DNA of 64,000 nucleotides from Candidatus Flemingiibacterium sp. (lineage in GTDB: Bacteria; Bacillota; Clostridia; Oscillospirales; CAG-272), in assembly GCA_045534235.1 (NCBI GenBank), contig JAZSJI010000089.1, positions 15,877-79,876 on the forward strand. Reading direction: 5' to 3'. Below the pieces are notes generated by a model. The model was given only the letters and a program-made list of their open reading frames with translations. It did no database searches and was not told the origin of the DNA. Position 1 is the stretch's first letter. Every line of letters starts with the position of its first letter. Positions 9,149 to 17,908 of the stretch are shown piece by piece. Made by a program: the position numbers and the translations under genes.

Positions 9149-11008
9149 ATGTCAGAGGATATCAAAAATACCGAAAAGGGCGGAATCTCCGTCGAAATCG
9201 AACACATATTTCCAATTATCAAAAAATGGCTCTACTCTGAAAAAGAGATATTCCTTCGCGAGATCGTTTCAAACGCTTGCGACGCAGTTACGAAATTAAA
9301 GCGCCTTGCTTCGCTTGGAGAAGCAGACCTTGAGGACGAGCCTGAATATAAAATAACCGTCACTATCGACAAGGCGGCTAAAACTCTCACCGTTTCCGAC
9401 AACGGTATCGGTATGACCGAGGACGAGGTTCGCCGTTACATCTGCCAGATAGCACTCTCGGGCGCACTCGAGTTTATCGAGAAATACGAGGGCGAGGGCA
9501 AGGACGGCAGTGCCGACGGCATCATCGGTCACTTCGGTCTTGGCTTCTACTCCGCATTTATGGTAAGCGACACAGTTGACGTTATCACTCGCTCTTATAA
9601 AGACGAAAGCGGCGTCAAGTGGGTATGCTCCGAGGCAGGCGAGTACGAAATAACCAACGATTATTTCCGCGAGGAGCGCGGTACAGACGTCGTTATGCAC
9701 ATTATGGACGACGAGGCAGAGTTCCTCGACGAGAGCCGTATTCGCGGTATGCTTGACAAATACTGCTCCTTTATGCCCGTTGAGATTTATCTCTCTACCG
9801 ACGAGGACAAGCCCGAGGACGAGGCAAAGCCCGTCAACGACACACATCCGCTTTGGCAAAAGAGCGCCTCGGAGTGCACCGACGAGGAATATGATGCATT
9901 CTACCGTAAGGTCTTTGCGGATTTCCGCGAGCCGCTTTTCCATATTCATCTGAACGCCGACTATCCCCTCAATTTCCGCGGCATTCTCTATTTCCCCAGA
10001 CTTGCTCACGAGTATGACAACCTCGAGGGACAAGTAAAGCTTTATTACAATCAGGTGTTCGTTGCAGACAACATCAAGGAGGTCATTCCCGACTTTCTGC
10101 TTATGTTGAAGGGCGTGCTTGACTGCCCCGAGCTTCCGCTCAACGTTTCGAGAAGCTATCTTCAGAACAGCGGATACGTTGCAAAAATCTCCGCGCACAT
10201 CGTCAAAAAGGTTGCGGACAAGCTTTGCTCGATGTTTAACACCGAGCGCGAGAATTACGAAAAGCTTTGGGGCGACCTCAAGACCTTCGTCGAATACGGC
10301 TGTCTGCGCGACCGTAAATTCTACGAGCGCGTAAAATCGGCTATCGTTTACGAAACCACCGACGGCCGCTTCGTGACGCTCGACGAATATCTTGAAAAGG
10401 CAAAGGAAAAGCACGAAAAGACCGTTTACTACGCGGCAGACCTTACCGCTCAGGCACAGTATATCTCTATGTTTGCAGCCGAGGGTATCGACGTTATACT
10501 GCTTGACAAGATGATCGATACGCAGTTTATAAACGTCGTCGAGCAGGAAAACGAGGGCGTGAAGTTCGTTCGCATCGACGCGGACGTTGCAGGTGCTCTT
10601 AAAGCCGATGGTACTGCCGAAGCGAACGAAAAGCTCGTAGAGATTTTCAAAGAAGTCAGCGGCAATAATGAGCTTAAAGTGACCTTCGAGCTTCTTAAAA
10701 ACGAGAAAATACCCGCAGTGCTCAACATTTCCGAGGATAGCCGCCGTATGGAGGATATGATGCGTATGTACCGTATGAGAAGCGGTGGTGCAGACGACAT
10801 GAAGTTCCCGACGGACGTAAACCTCGTTATAAACGCATCGAGCGCACTTATAAAGCGCCTTGCCGACGTCGCAGAAGCCGACAACGAAAAGGCAAAGAAG
10901 CTTGCAAAGCAGATCTACACGCTTGCACTTTTGGCACAGCGTCAGCTAACGGCGGACGAGCTTCAGGAGTTCCTCTCCGACAGCTTTGATATGCTCGAGC
11001 GCTTCTAA
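9149..11008 (+). CDS. htpG: Molecular chaperone HtpG (Hsp90)
   Basis: LYSEKEIFLRELVSNA-type N-terminus (here LYSEKEIFLREIVSNACDA), DNGIGMT, and the GHFGLGFYSAFMV ATP-lid. Start set at the ATG at 9149 (AAGAGG RBS), because the longer ORF runs through the promoter. Confidence 0.93.
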   Translation: MSEDIKNTEKGGISVEIEHIFPIIKKWLYSEKEIFLREIVSNACDAVTKLKRLASLGEADLEDEPEYKITVTIDKAAKTLTVSDNGIGMTEDEVRRYICQIALSGALEFIEKYEGEGKDGSADGIIGHFGLGFYSAFMVSDTVDVITRSYKDESGVKWVCSEAGEYEITNDYFREERGTDVVMHIMDDEAEFLDESRIRGMLDKYCSFMPVEIYLSTDEDKPEDEAKPVNDTHPLWQKSASECTDEEYDAFYRKVFADFREPLFHIHLNADYPLNFRGILYFPRLAHEYDNLEGQVKLYYNQVFVADNIKEVIPDFLLMLKGVLDCPELPLNVSRSYLQNSGYVAKISAHIVKKVADKLCSMFNTERENYEKLWGDLKTFVEYGCLRDRKFYERVKSAIVYETTDGRFVTLDEYLEKAKEKHEKTVYYAADLTAQAQYISMFAAEGIDVILLDKMIDTQFINVVEQENEGVKFVRIDADVAGALKADGTAEANEKLVEIFKEVSGNNELKVTFELLKNEKIPAVLNISEDSRRMEDMMRMYRMRSGGADDMKFPTDVNLVINASSALIKRLADVAEADNEKAKKLAKQIYTLALLAQRQLTADELQEFLSDSFDMLERF

Positions 11009-11041
11009 CACATAAATTTCCCACTTAAAGGAGTGACTGCA

Positions 11042-12130
11042 ATGGCATCGGTCTACGGTACCAAATTAAAGCTCTCAATATTCGGCGAGTCGCACGGACA
11101 GGCTATAGGTGTTGTCATCGACGGCTTTCCTGCCGGCCTCAAGGTCGATTTTGACTATATATCCGCATTTATGAAGCGACGTGCGCCTGGCGGTAATTTC
11201 TCCACCAAGCGAAGCGAGCCCGACATCCCGCGCATCGTCAGCGGCGTGTCCGACGGATATACCAACGGATACCCGATATGCGCCGTTATAGAGAATACCA
11301 ATCAGCACTCGGCGTCGTATCAGGATAAAATGACCGTACCGCGCCCAAGTCACGCAGACTTTGCCGCCGCGATAAAATACGGCGAGCACACCGAGCTTCA
11401 CGGCGGCGGACACTTTTCAGGCAGACTCACCGCACCGCTCGTATTCGCAGGTGCACTCTGCTCACTCTACTTAAAGCGAATGGGCATAGAGATAGCTGCC
11501 CATATACGCAGTATGCTTGACGTTTCGGACAAGCCGTTCGATATGAGCGTTACCGCAGCGGAGCTTGAAGCGCTTAAAGCTAGTTCATTCCCTGCTATTG
11601 ACACGGCGGCGGCAGATGCGTTCGCCGATATTATAAACGGCGCGCAGAAAAAAGTCGACTCAGTCGGCGCAAAGCTTGAATGTATAGCGATCGGCCTTCC
11701 CACAGCGCTCGGCGAGCATATGTTTGAAAGCGTGGAATCGGAAATAGCGCAGATGATGTTCGCAATTCCCGGCGTAAAGGGCATCGAGTTTGGTGCAGGC
11801 TTTGATTTCTCGAAAATGTACGGCTCGCAGGCGAACGACGCTTATGAGTCCATCGACGGCAAGATAGTTACAAAAACTAACAACTGCGGCGGTATCGTCG
11901 GCGGTATGACTACGGGTATGCCCGTTATGTTCTCTGTGGCGATAAAGCCTACCCCATCAATATTTACCGAGCAGGACTCGGTAGATATGTCAAAGGGTGA
12001 AAACACCAAGTTATCCATAAAAGGCAGACACGATCCCTGCATCGCAGTACGTGCGGTGCCCGTAATCGAAGCCGGATGCGCGATAGCGCTCACCGAGCTC
12101 ATCTTAAAGGCAGACGGGAGGAAACTTTGA
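11042..12130 (+). CDS. aroC: Chorismate synthase AroC
   Basis: FGESHG, RRAPGG...RSEPD, RPSHAD and GRHDPC motifs. AAAGGAG RBS 8 nt upstream of the ATG at 11042. Confidence 0.93.
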   Translation: MASVYGTKLKLSIFGESHGQAIGVVIDGFPAGLKVDFDYISAFMKRRAPGGNFSTKRSEPDIPRIVSGVSDGYTNGYPICAVIENTNQHSASYQDKMTVPRPSHADFAAAIKYGEHTELHGGGHFSGRLTAPLVFAGALCSLYLKRMGIEIAAHIRSMLDVSDKPFDMSVTAAELEALKASSFPAIDTAAADAFADIINGAQKKVDSVGAKLECIAIGLPTALGEHMFESVESEIAQMMFAIPGVKGIEFGAGFDFSKMYGSQANDAYESIDGKIVTKTNNCGGIVGGMTTGMPVMFSVAIKPTPSIFTEQDSVDMSKGENTKLSIKGRHDPCIAVRAVPVIEAGCAIALTELILKADGRKL

Positions 12131-13089
12131 TGGCTTTCAGACACGACACCAATTCGATAATATCAGAAAATCTTTCGCTTTTAGGAGAGGAAGCTCGCTC
12201 TTTCGAGGAGCGCCGCCTCGCGCAGCTTCGCGAACGCGCCATTCTTATCGCCAGAAACGATGACCTGCTCGATTCTGACAGCCGTACAGACGAGTTTTCT
12301 GCGCTGTTTGAGGCGCAGGATTGCGCTGACGCTATACCCGAAGCAAAGGAATACCTTTCTGCAAAATTTTCTACACAGCTGTTTTGCGACAGACTCACCG
12401 TTTGCAAGATTTTGGCAAGTGAATACGGTAAGCGGCGCATCAATGTCACCGAGCGCTTGCTTGGAAACACGCCGATGCCTGAGTCAGTTCGTATAGCTTA
12501 TTTCCGCAATGCTTACGCAGACGCGGCATTCAGAATCTTCTCTGATGTAATAGATAACCTCTCGGCTGTTTACGCATCGGATTTTACAGCCGTATGCGAG
12601 GAGGTCTATTACGGCAGAGCCGACGTTTGTATGCTCCCACTCGATTCATCGCGCGATGCAAAGCTCATCAGCTTCTACCGGCTTATCGACAAGTACGAGC
12701 TTTGCCCAGTCTTCTCCTGCGACGTTACGACGCCCGACGGAAACATAACGACCAGATACGCGCTTCTCAAGCGCTCGTTCACGCTTCCCTCTAAGGAGCG
12801 ACTTGATGCACCGGGACTTTGCTTCTTTGAATTCAATATAACCCCGGACGAACGTTCACCGCTTTGCGACGTGCTCGCAGCGGCAAAGGAATGCGGTCTT
12901 ACGCTTTACAAGGCGGACTCTATGCCGCTCTCCTACAGCAGCAGCGAATTTGCTTACGACGTAATTTTGAAGGTAGGAAGCTTCGCGGGACTTGAAGCGT
13001 TCGTTCTGTTCCTCACCCTTGCAGTTCCCGAATACGAGCCGATAGGCATTTATCCTCATATTCACTCAAAAACAAATAATAACGAATAA
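12130..13089 (+). CDS. Divergent prephenate dehydratase-like protein with an N-terminal extension
   Basis: Its ATG overlaps the aroC stop (TGATG). A PDT-like core (VRIAYFRNAY...DVCMLPLDSS...NITTRYALLKR, cf. the TRF motif) is followed by an ACT-like tail (DSMP in place of ESRP, then FAYDVILKVG). The first ~120 aa are helical and charged, with no clear assignment. Confidence 0.5.
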   Translation: MAFRHDTNSIISENLSLLGEEARSFEERRLAQLRERAILIARNDDLLDSDSRTDEFSALFEAQDCADAIPEAKEYLSAKFSTQLFCDRLTVCKILASEYGKRRINVTERLLGNTPMPESVRIAYFRNAYADAAFRIFSDVIDNLSAVYASDFTAVCEEVYYGRADVCMLPLDSSRDAKLISFYRLIDKYELCPVFSCDVTTPDGNITTRYALLKRSFTLPSKERLDAPGLCFFEFNITPDERSPLCDVLAAAKECGLTLYKADSMPLSYSSSEFAYDVILKVGSFAGLEAFVLFLTLAVPEYEPIGIYPHIHSKTNNNE

Positions 13090-13134
13090 ATATTTTTTAC
13101 AAGTACAAAATATTTTGAAAGGAAAAAGCATAAG

Positions 13135-13392
13135 ATGAAAAAGACGCTTTCTTATAATACCTGCGGCACCTGCTCGCGACAGATAGAAATTATATGTGAC
13201 GGAGATACTGTAGAGTCCGTTAAGTTTATCGGCGGCTGTTCCGGCAACACACAGGGCGTTGCCGCACTTGTTGCCGGTATGAAGATAGATGACGCCATAA
13301 AGAGAATGAAAGGCATCTGTTGCGGTCCAAAGCCCACGTCCTGCCCCGATCAGTTAGCGCGCGCGCTTGAAATAATCAAAACGCAGGAATAA
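13135..13392 (+). CDS. TIGR03905-like small TSCPD-domain protein
   Basis: 85 aa with CGTC...GGCSGN...CCG...TSCPDQLA, the four-Cys TSCPD pattern. Confidence 0.75.
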   Translation: MKKTLSYNTCGTCSRQIEIICDGDTVESVKFIGGCSGNTQGVAALVAGMKIDDAIKRMKGICCGPKPTSCPDQLARALEIIKTQE

Positions 13393-13424
13393 GCATCGCA
13401 AATCACACCACAAGGAGTACCAAT

Positions 13425-15143
13425 ATGAATTATCTTGAAAACTACAAGCGTTGGCTAACGTCTGACAAGGTGGATGAAAAAACCAAGTCCGAACTTCGTG
13501 CAATTGAAGGTAACGACGAGGAAATAAAGCTTCGCTTCGTAAAATATCTCGAGTTTGGCACAGCAGGGCTTCGCGGAATTATGATGGCGGGAACGAACGC
13601 TATGAACGTATACACTGTTGCGCACGCAACCCAAGGCCTTGCCGACCTTATCAATAAAGAAGGTAAAGCAGACCGCGGCGTAGCTATCGCATACGATTCG
13701 CGAAATAACTCACCGCTGTTTGCGCGCCACGCTGCAAGTGTTCTCGCAGCAAACGGAATCAAGGTGTTTATCTTTGACGCACTTCGACCGACGCCCGTGC
13801 TGTCCTTTGCAGTACGCGAGCTTCATACGATCGCAGGTATCAACATCACCGCGTCGCACAACCCCAAGGAATATAACGGCTACAAGGCGTACTGGGAGGA
13901 CGGTGCACAGCTGCCGCCCGATCACGCGGCAACTGTATCCGAATTCGTTGCCGCCGCCGATATTTTCGACGACGTTAAGATAATGGATTTCGACGAGGGC
14001 GTAAAGAGCGGTATCATTGAGTATATCCCCGAATCCATCGACGAAAAGTATATGGAAAAGGTAATCGCCGAGGCGGTCAATCCCGGAATTATACGCGAGG
14101 TTGCGGATACCCTTGAGATCGTTTACACCCCTCTTCACGGCGCAGGCTACAAAATGGTTCCCGAGGTGCTTCGCAGAGTCGGTATGAAGCATATCGACGT
14201 CGTTGACGAGCAAATGGTACTCGACGGCGATTTCCCGACGATTTCATATCCGAACCCGGAATTTCCCGAAGCCTTTGAGCTTGGCATAAAGCTCGCCGAG
14301 CGTGTGCACAGCGACCTTATTATCGCGACCGACCCCGACGCGGACCGCGTGGGAATTATGTCGCGCGATAAGACGGGCAAGTTCGTACGCCTGACGGGCA
14401 ATCAGGTAGGCGCGCTTCTACTCGATTACGTTATCACCGCGTACGAGGACACGGGTATGCCAAAGGATCCCTATGCGATCAAGACGATCGTTACCACGGA
14501 TATGGTAACGAAAATATGCGAGGAGCATAATATCAAGCTTCACAACGTGCTGACGGGCTTTAAGTTCATCGGCGAGGTCATAAAGGAACACGAGGAGTCG
14601 GGCGTTGGCAGCTATATCTTCGGCTTCGAGGAAAGCTACGGCTACCTCAAGGGCACGTACGCGCGCGACAAGGACTCGGTCGTTGCAACTATGCTGCTTT
14701 GCGAAATGGCGGCTTACTACAGCACAAAGGGTATGACACTCTGTGACGCTATGCAGAGCCTTTACGAACGCTACGGATACTACGACGAGGGTACGGCTAA
14801 CATTTATATGAAGGGACTCGACGGTCTTGAGCGTATGAAGTCGCTTATGAACCGCCTTCGCCAAAATCCCCCAAGTGAGCTTGCGGGCTACAAGATAATC
14901 GAGCGCCGCGACTACCAAAACGACACCGTGCTTGATGTAAAAACAGGCAAAATCACCTCTACAGGGCTTCCCTCCTCCAACGTGCTTTACTACGTAACCG
15001 AGGTGGGCGACACGATAGTCATTCGCCCTTCCGGAACAGAGCCGAAAATCAAAATATATATTCTCGCCCACGATAAAAGTCTTGAGGCTGTCCGCGAAAA
15101 GATCGCGGCGTATGCCAAGGTTACTGACACCTGGGTTGAATAA
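13425..15143 (+). CDS. Phosphoglucomutase/phosphomannomutase family protein (alpha-D-phosphohexomutase)
   Basis: TASHNPKEYNGYK active-site loop, the DPDADR metal loop, and GFEESYGY. Similar in size to PgcA. Confidence 0.92.
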   Translation: MNYLENYKRWLTSDKVDEKTKSELRAIEGNDEEIKLRFVKYLEFGTAGLRGIMMAGTNAMNVYTVAHATQGLADLINKEGKADRGVAIAYDSRNNSPLFARHAASVLAANGIKVFIFDALRPTPVLSFAVRELHTIAGINITASHNPKEYNGYKAYWEDGAQLPPDHAATVSEFVAAADIFDDVKIMDFDEGVKSGIIEYIPESIDEKYMEKVIAEAVNPGIIREVADTLEIVYTPLHGAGYKMVPEVLRRVGMKHIDVVDEQMVLDGDFPTISYPNPEFPEAFELGIKLAERVHSDLIIATDPDADRVGIMSRDKTGKFVRLTGNQVGALLLDYVITAYEDTGMPKDPYAIKTIVTTDMVTKICEEHNIKLHNVLTGFKFIGEVIKEHEESGVGSYIFGFEESYGYLKGTYARDKDSVVATMLLCEMAAYYSTKGMTLCDAMQSLYERYGYYDEGTANIYMKGLDGLERMKSLMNRLRQNPPSELAGYKIIERRDYQNDTVLDVKTGKITSTGLPSSNVLYYVTEVGDTIVIRPSGTEPKIKIYILAHDKSLEAVREKIAAYAKVTDTWVE

Positions 15144-15148
15144 TGAAA

Positions 15149-15190
15149 ATCGCCTTGCCGTATTGCCACGGCAAGGCGATAGTTTTATTT
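15149..15190. terminator. Terminator between convergent genes
   Basis: 12-bp stem atcgccttgccg/cggcaaggcgat followed by AGTTTTATTT. Confidence 0.8.
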
Positions 15191-15928
15191 GTATTTTATC
15201 GGCGAAACACCGTAGTAATGCTTGAACACGCGTGAGAAATAGCTGTAGCTCGTGTAGCCGAGCTTGTCGGAGATTTCGACGAGCGAATACTTACCCTCAC
15301 CTATCATATTTTTAGCGATCTGCATTCGCCGCTCGTTTACGTAGTCGACAATAGGCTTACCAAGCTCCTTTTTGAAAATATGCGCTATGTAATCCTTGGA
15401 GAGATGAACTGCGGCGCTTATATCGGGAAGCGTAATTCGGCTTGTCAAATTAGCTTCTATATATTTGAGTATTGCCACGACGTTTTCATCGTTCGTTCTG
15501 AATGCGATGCCCTCAAAAAGCTCAAGGAGCAGGCAGTTGAGTATATTGGTCATCTTTTCCTCGTGATGGTAGTACGACGATATGTGCTGTTCCGAAAACA
15601 CTGCGCAAAGCAGGCGCATCTCGCGGTTTACCGTGTCAGGCAAATAACATTTTGTGCTCGGAACAGTGCCGGCATACGCCGTAAAATTGAAGCTGACAAA
15701 GTGAACGTCGCCTGAGGCCTCGCGGCGTTCGCGGTAGGTTCCCGGCGGAAAAAGTATCGCATCGTTTTCTCTCAAAATCACACGCTCGCCGTTTATGATA
15801 TACTCGATCTCACCCTTAAGCATAAAGCTGAAATCGTAAAAGTGTATCTTCGAGCGTTTGATCTCATTGAGCCCCTTTTGATTGATATTGCAAAAATGCA
15901 AAAGTTCTTTTACAATATACTGCTCCAT
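15185..15928 (-). CDS. AraC family transcriptional regulator
   Basis: Cupin-like N-terminal domain plus an AraC HTH (LSKDYIAHIFKKELGKPIVDYVNERR...GYTSYSYFSRVFKHYYG). The ATG at 15928 lies 6 nt after GAGG. Confidence 0.85.
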   Translation of the reverse strand: MEQYIVKELLHFCNINQKGLNEIKRSKIHFYDFSFMLKGEIEYIINGERVILRENDAILFPPGTYRERREASGDVHFVSFNFTAYAGTVPSTKCYLPDTVNREMRLLCAVFSEQHISSYYHHEEKMTNILNCLLLELFEGIAFRTNDENVVAILKYIEANLTSRITLPDISAAVHLSKDYIAHIFKKELGKPIVDYVNERRMQIAKNMIGEGKYSLVEISDKLGYTSYSYFSRVFKHYYGVSPIKYK

Positions 15929-16098
15929 TTTCACCCTCGCAAAAAACAGAATTGTTCAAAAAATAAGTTGATACAACTATATAGTGTATTGTATGTACAC
16001 AACCAAAATGCTATAATTTATGTGTAAAATTCATTTTTTACACTCGCAATCATTATATCACACAAATAGCAATTTTGTCAAATTTATGGAGGATGCGT

Positions 16099-17187
16099 AT
16101 GAAAACATTATTCGTCGGCGACATTTGCCCTACCAAATACACAGAGGAGGCTTTTGCAGCGGCTGATATGAAGACGCTGTTTAACGATACTCTTTCGATA
16201 TTTAAAAATCGCGATTTCGTATTTGCAAATCTTGAGTGCGCTATTACCGAAAGCGAAAACAGAATCAAGAAGTTCGGCCCTAATCTTAAGGCGCCGAGAA
16301 ATACCGCCAAAGTGCTTAAAAATCTTGGAGTAAGCGTTACCGGTCTTTCTAACAATCACGTTTTCGACTTTGGCAAGGAGGGTGCTCTCGATACCGTTAA
16401 GGCGCTCTGCTCTGAAGGCATTGACTATACCGGTTTCGGTGACAACTACGCAGATTCAAAAAAGAACTACATATTTGAGAAGGACGGCGAAAAGATCTGC
16501 ATTATCGCAGTGTGCGAGCACGAGTATTCCTACGCGCTTGAGGACCGCATGGGTTCGCGTCCCTTCGACGAGTTTGAAACACTCGAGGACATTAGAGCCG
16601 CCAAGTCCGAATGCGACCGTGTTATCGTGATATACCACGGCGGTAAGGAGCAGTGCCACTATCCCTCCCCCAGACTTGTACGAGCTTGCCGTGCAATGGC
16701 AAGAGCAGGCGCCGACCTTATTCTCGGTCAGCATAGCCACTGCATAGGCGTATATGAGCTCTATGAGGGTGCACACATTCTTTACGGACAGGGCAACTTC
16801 CATTTTGTAAGCACCTCCAAATATGACAACTGGAACACCGGACTCGCCGTATGCTATGACACCAAGACCGGAAAGATTGAATTCATTCCGGTTAAGCAGA
16901 AGGAAGATTTTACCGGTATAGCCCTTGTCGAAGGTGACGAAAAGGCTAACGTTATGGCAAGATTCAAAGCTCTCGCTGATTCTATGCAGGACGGCACATG
17001 GAAAGACGGTTGGCACGACTTCTGTCTGTCTGTTGCAGAGGGATATCTTAACAACATCAACCGCGCCTGCCGTGAGGATTCGACCGAGCGTGAAAACGCT
17101 ATCTTCGCGCACAATCTTGACTGCGAGGCTCACCACGACGTAATAACCGAGCTCTTCCCGACGTACAACGCTACCAACGAAAAATAA
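16099..17187 (+). CDS. CapA/PgsA-family metallophosphatase-like protein
   Basis: Motifs VGD, ANLECA, LSNNH, YHGGKE and GQHSHC. GGAGGA RBS 5 nt before the ATG at 16099. Confidence 0.8.
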   Translation: MKTLFVGDICPTKYTEEAFAAADMKTLFNDTLSIFKNRDFVFANLECAITESENRIKKFGPNLKAPRNTAKVLKNLGVSVTGLSNNHVFDFGKEGALDTVKALCSEGIDYTGFGDNYADSKKNYIFEKDGEKICIIAVCEHEYSYALEDRMGSRPFDEFETLEDIRAAKSECDRVIVIYHGGKEQCHYPSPRLVRACRAMARAGADLILGQHSHCIGVYELYEGAHILYGQGNFHFVSTSKYDNWNTGLAVCYDTKTGKIEFIPVKQKEDFTGIALVEGDEKANVMARFKALADSMQDGTWKDGWHDFCLSVAEGYLNNINRACREDSTERENAIFAHNLDCEAHHDVITELFPTYNATNEK

Positions 17188-17199
17188 TCACATAATTAA

Positions 17200-17232
17200 A
17201 CCGCCCTTGAAAAATCAAGGGCGGTAATTTTA
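17200..17232. terminator. Bidirectional terminator
   Basis: Stem accgcccttga/tcaagggcggt with an AAAA loop and T-rich flanks. Confidence 0.75.
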
Positions 17233-17436
17233 TTTATCTGACAGCTCCTCGGGTACGGGAATATCTGTAGGCCTCTTGGGTATGCGCTTAAGCGGATCGT
17301 ACACGAATTTTCGGCAGGAGTATTCTCTATGCACAACGCCGCGATGCTCACATAGCATATCGTCGGTCGTCTGTATCTCGGCAGAAAAACGGCAGAGCTC
17401 ACAAAGGCGCTCTATATCTTGAGATTTTCTTTTCAT
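17230..17436 (-). CDS. Small Cys-rich protein (68 aa), function unknown
   Basis: It has its own promoter (TTGACA-N17-TAGAAT at about 17466-17494 on the minus strand), RBS (TAGGAGAG) and terminator. Four Cys (CELC...C...C) suggest a zinc-ribbon-like fold. Confidence 0.7.
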   Translation of the reverse strand: MKRKSQDIERLCELCRFSAEIQTTDDMLCEHRGVVHREYSCRKFVYDPLKRIPKRPTDIPVPEELSDK

Positions 17437-17494
17437 CGTTAGCTCTCCTATATTTCAGGTTACATATATTCTATCACGGCAACGGCAAAATGTC

Positions 17495-17524
17495 AAGAAA
17501 AAACTCCCTCGACTGAGGGAGTTT
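17495..17524 (-). terminator. Terminator after the tRNA-Arg/tRNA-His pair
   Basis: Stem actccctc/gagggagt, followed on the minus strand by TTTTTTC. Confidence 0.7.
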
Positions 17525-17529
17525 TATTA

Positions 17530-17607
17530 TGGGGTGAATGAAGGGGGTCGAACCCTCGACCTCCAGGGCCACAACCTGGCGCTCTAACCAACTGAGCTAC
17601 ATCCACC
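17530..17607 (-). tRNA. tRNA-His (GTG)
   Basis: The minus strand reads GGTGGATGTAGCTCAGTTGGTTAGAGCGCCAGGTTGTGGCCCTGGAGGTCGAGGGTTCGACCCCCTTCATTCACCCCA. This gives the extra G-1, the anticodon loop TTGTGGC and an encoded CCA. Confidence 0.93.
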
Positions 17608-17689
17608 ATCCCTAAGCAACAAACCGCATCGTGAGTGGCATCGGTTCGCTGCCGTTATATAAAGCCCGTACGCTATCGCATCCGGGATT

Positions 17690-17766
17690 TGGCGTACCCG
17701 GAGGGACTCGAACCCCCGACCTACTGCTTAGAAGGCAGTTGCTCTATCCAGCTGAGCTACGGGTAC
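17690..17766 (-). tRNA. tRNA-Arg (TCT)
   Basis: The minus strand reads GTACCCGTAGCTCAGCTGGATAGAGCAACTGCCTTCTAAGCAGTAGGTCGGGGGTTCGAGTCCCTCCGGGTACGCCA. Anticodon stem ACTGC/GCAGT, loop CTTCTAA. Confidence 0.93.
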
Positions 17767-17793
17767 ATATAGCCGATTTCAGTCGACTATAAT

Positions 17794-17822
17794 ATTATAC
17801 ACCATCACATTTCATTTGTCAA
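17794..17822 (-). promoter_or_regulatory. Promoter of the tRNA-Arg/His operon (TTGACA-N17-TATAAT)
   Basis: Both hexamers are perfect consensus on the minus strand (rc of tgtcaa at 17817-17822 and of attata at 17794-17799). Confidence 0.65.
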
Positions 17823-17908
17823 GAGTTTTTTTAAAAAATAAAATAATATTATTACTGTGCGCCTACGGTGTAATTATGCCGCGGCATAACACCGCAGCAT
17901 AACGATAT

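Noticed and set aside
9296-10414. A 372-codon ORF antisense to htpG. Similar long antisense ORFs occur at 41076-41954 (opposite ftsZ), 21033-21878 (opposite SulP/ilvE), 22002-22709 (opposite ilvE), 28562-29209 (opposite sbcC), 14418-15071 (opposite pgm) and 16456-17136 (opposite capA-like).
   Set aside because: Each lies entirely inside a gene with unmistakable family motifs on the other strand. They have no RBS, and their composition is skewed, low-complexity or rich in Arg, Ser and Leu. These are the shadow ORFs expected from codon-position bias at ~50% GC. I have no evidence for overlapping genes.
17874-17889. A perfect 16-bp palindrome ttatgccgcggcataa just downstream of the MATE gene.
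   Set aside because: It is most simply part of a weak terminator or stem after the MATE stop codon. I noticed no second copy elsewhere in the window when reading by eye, and it has no associated regulator.
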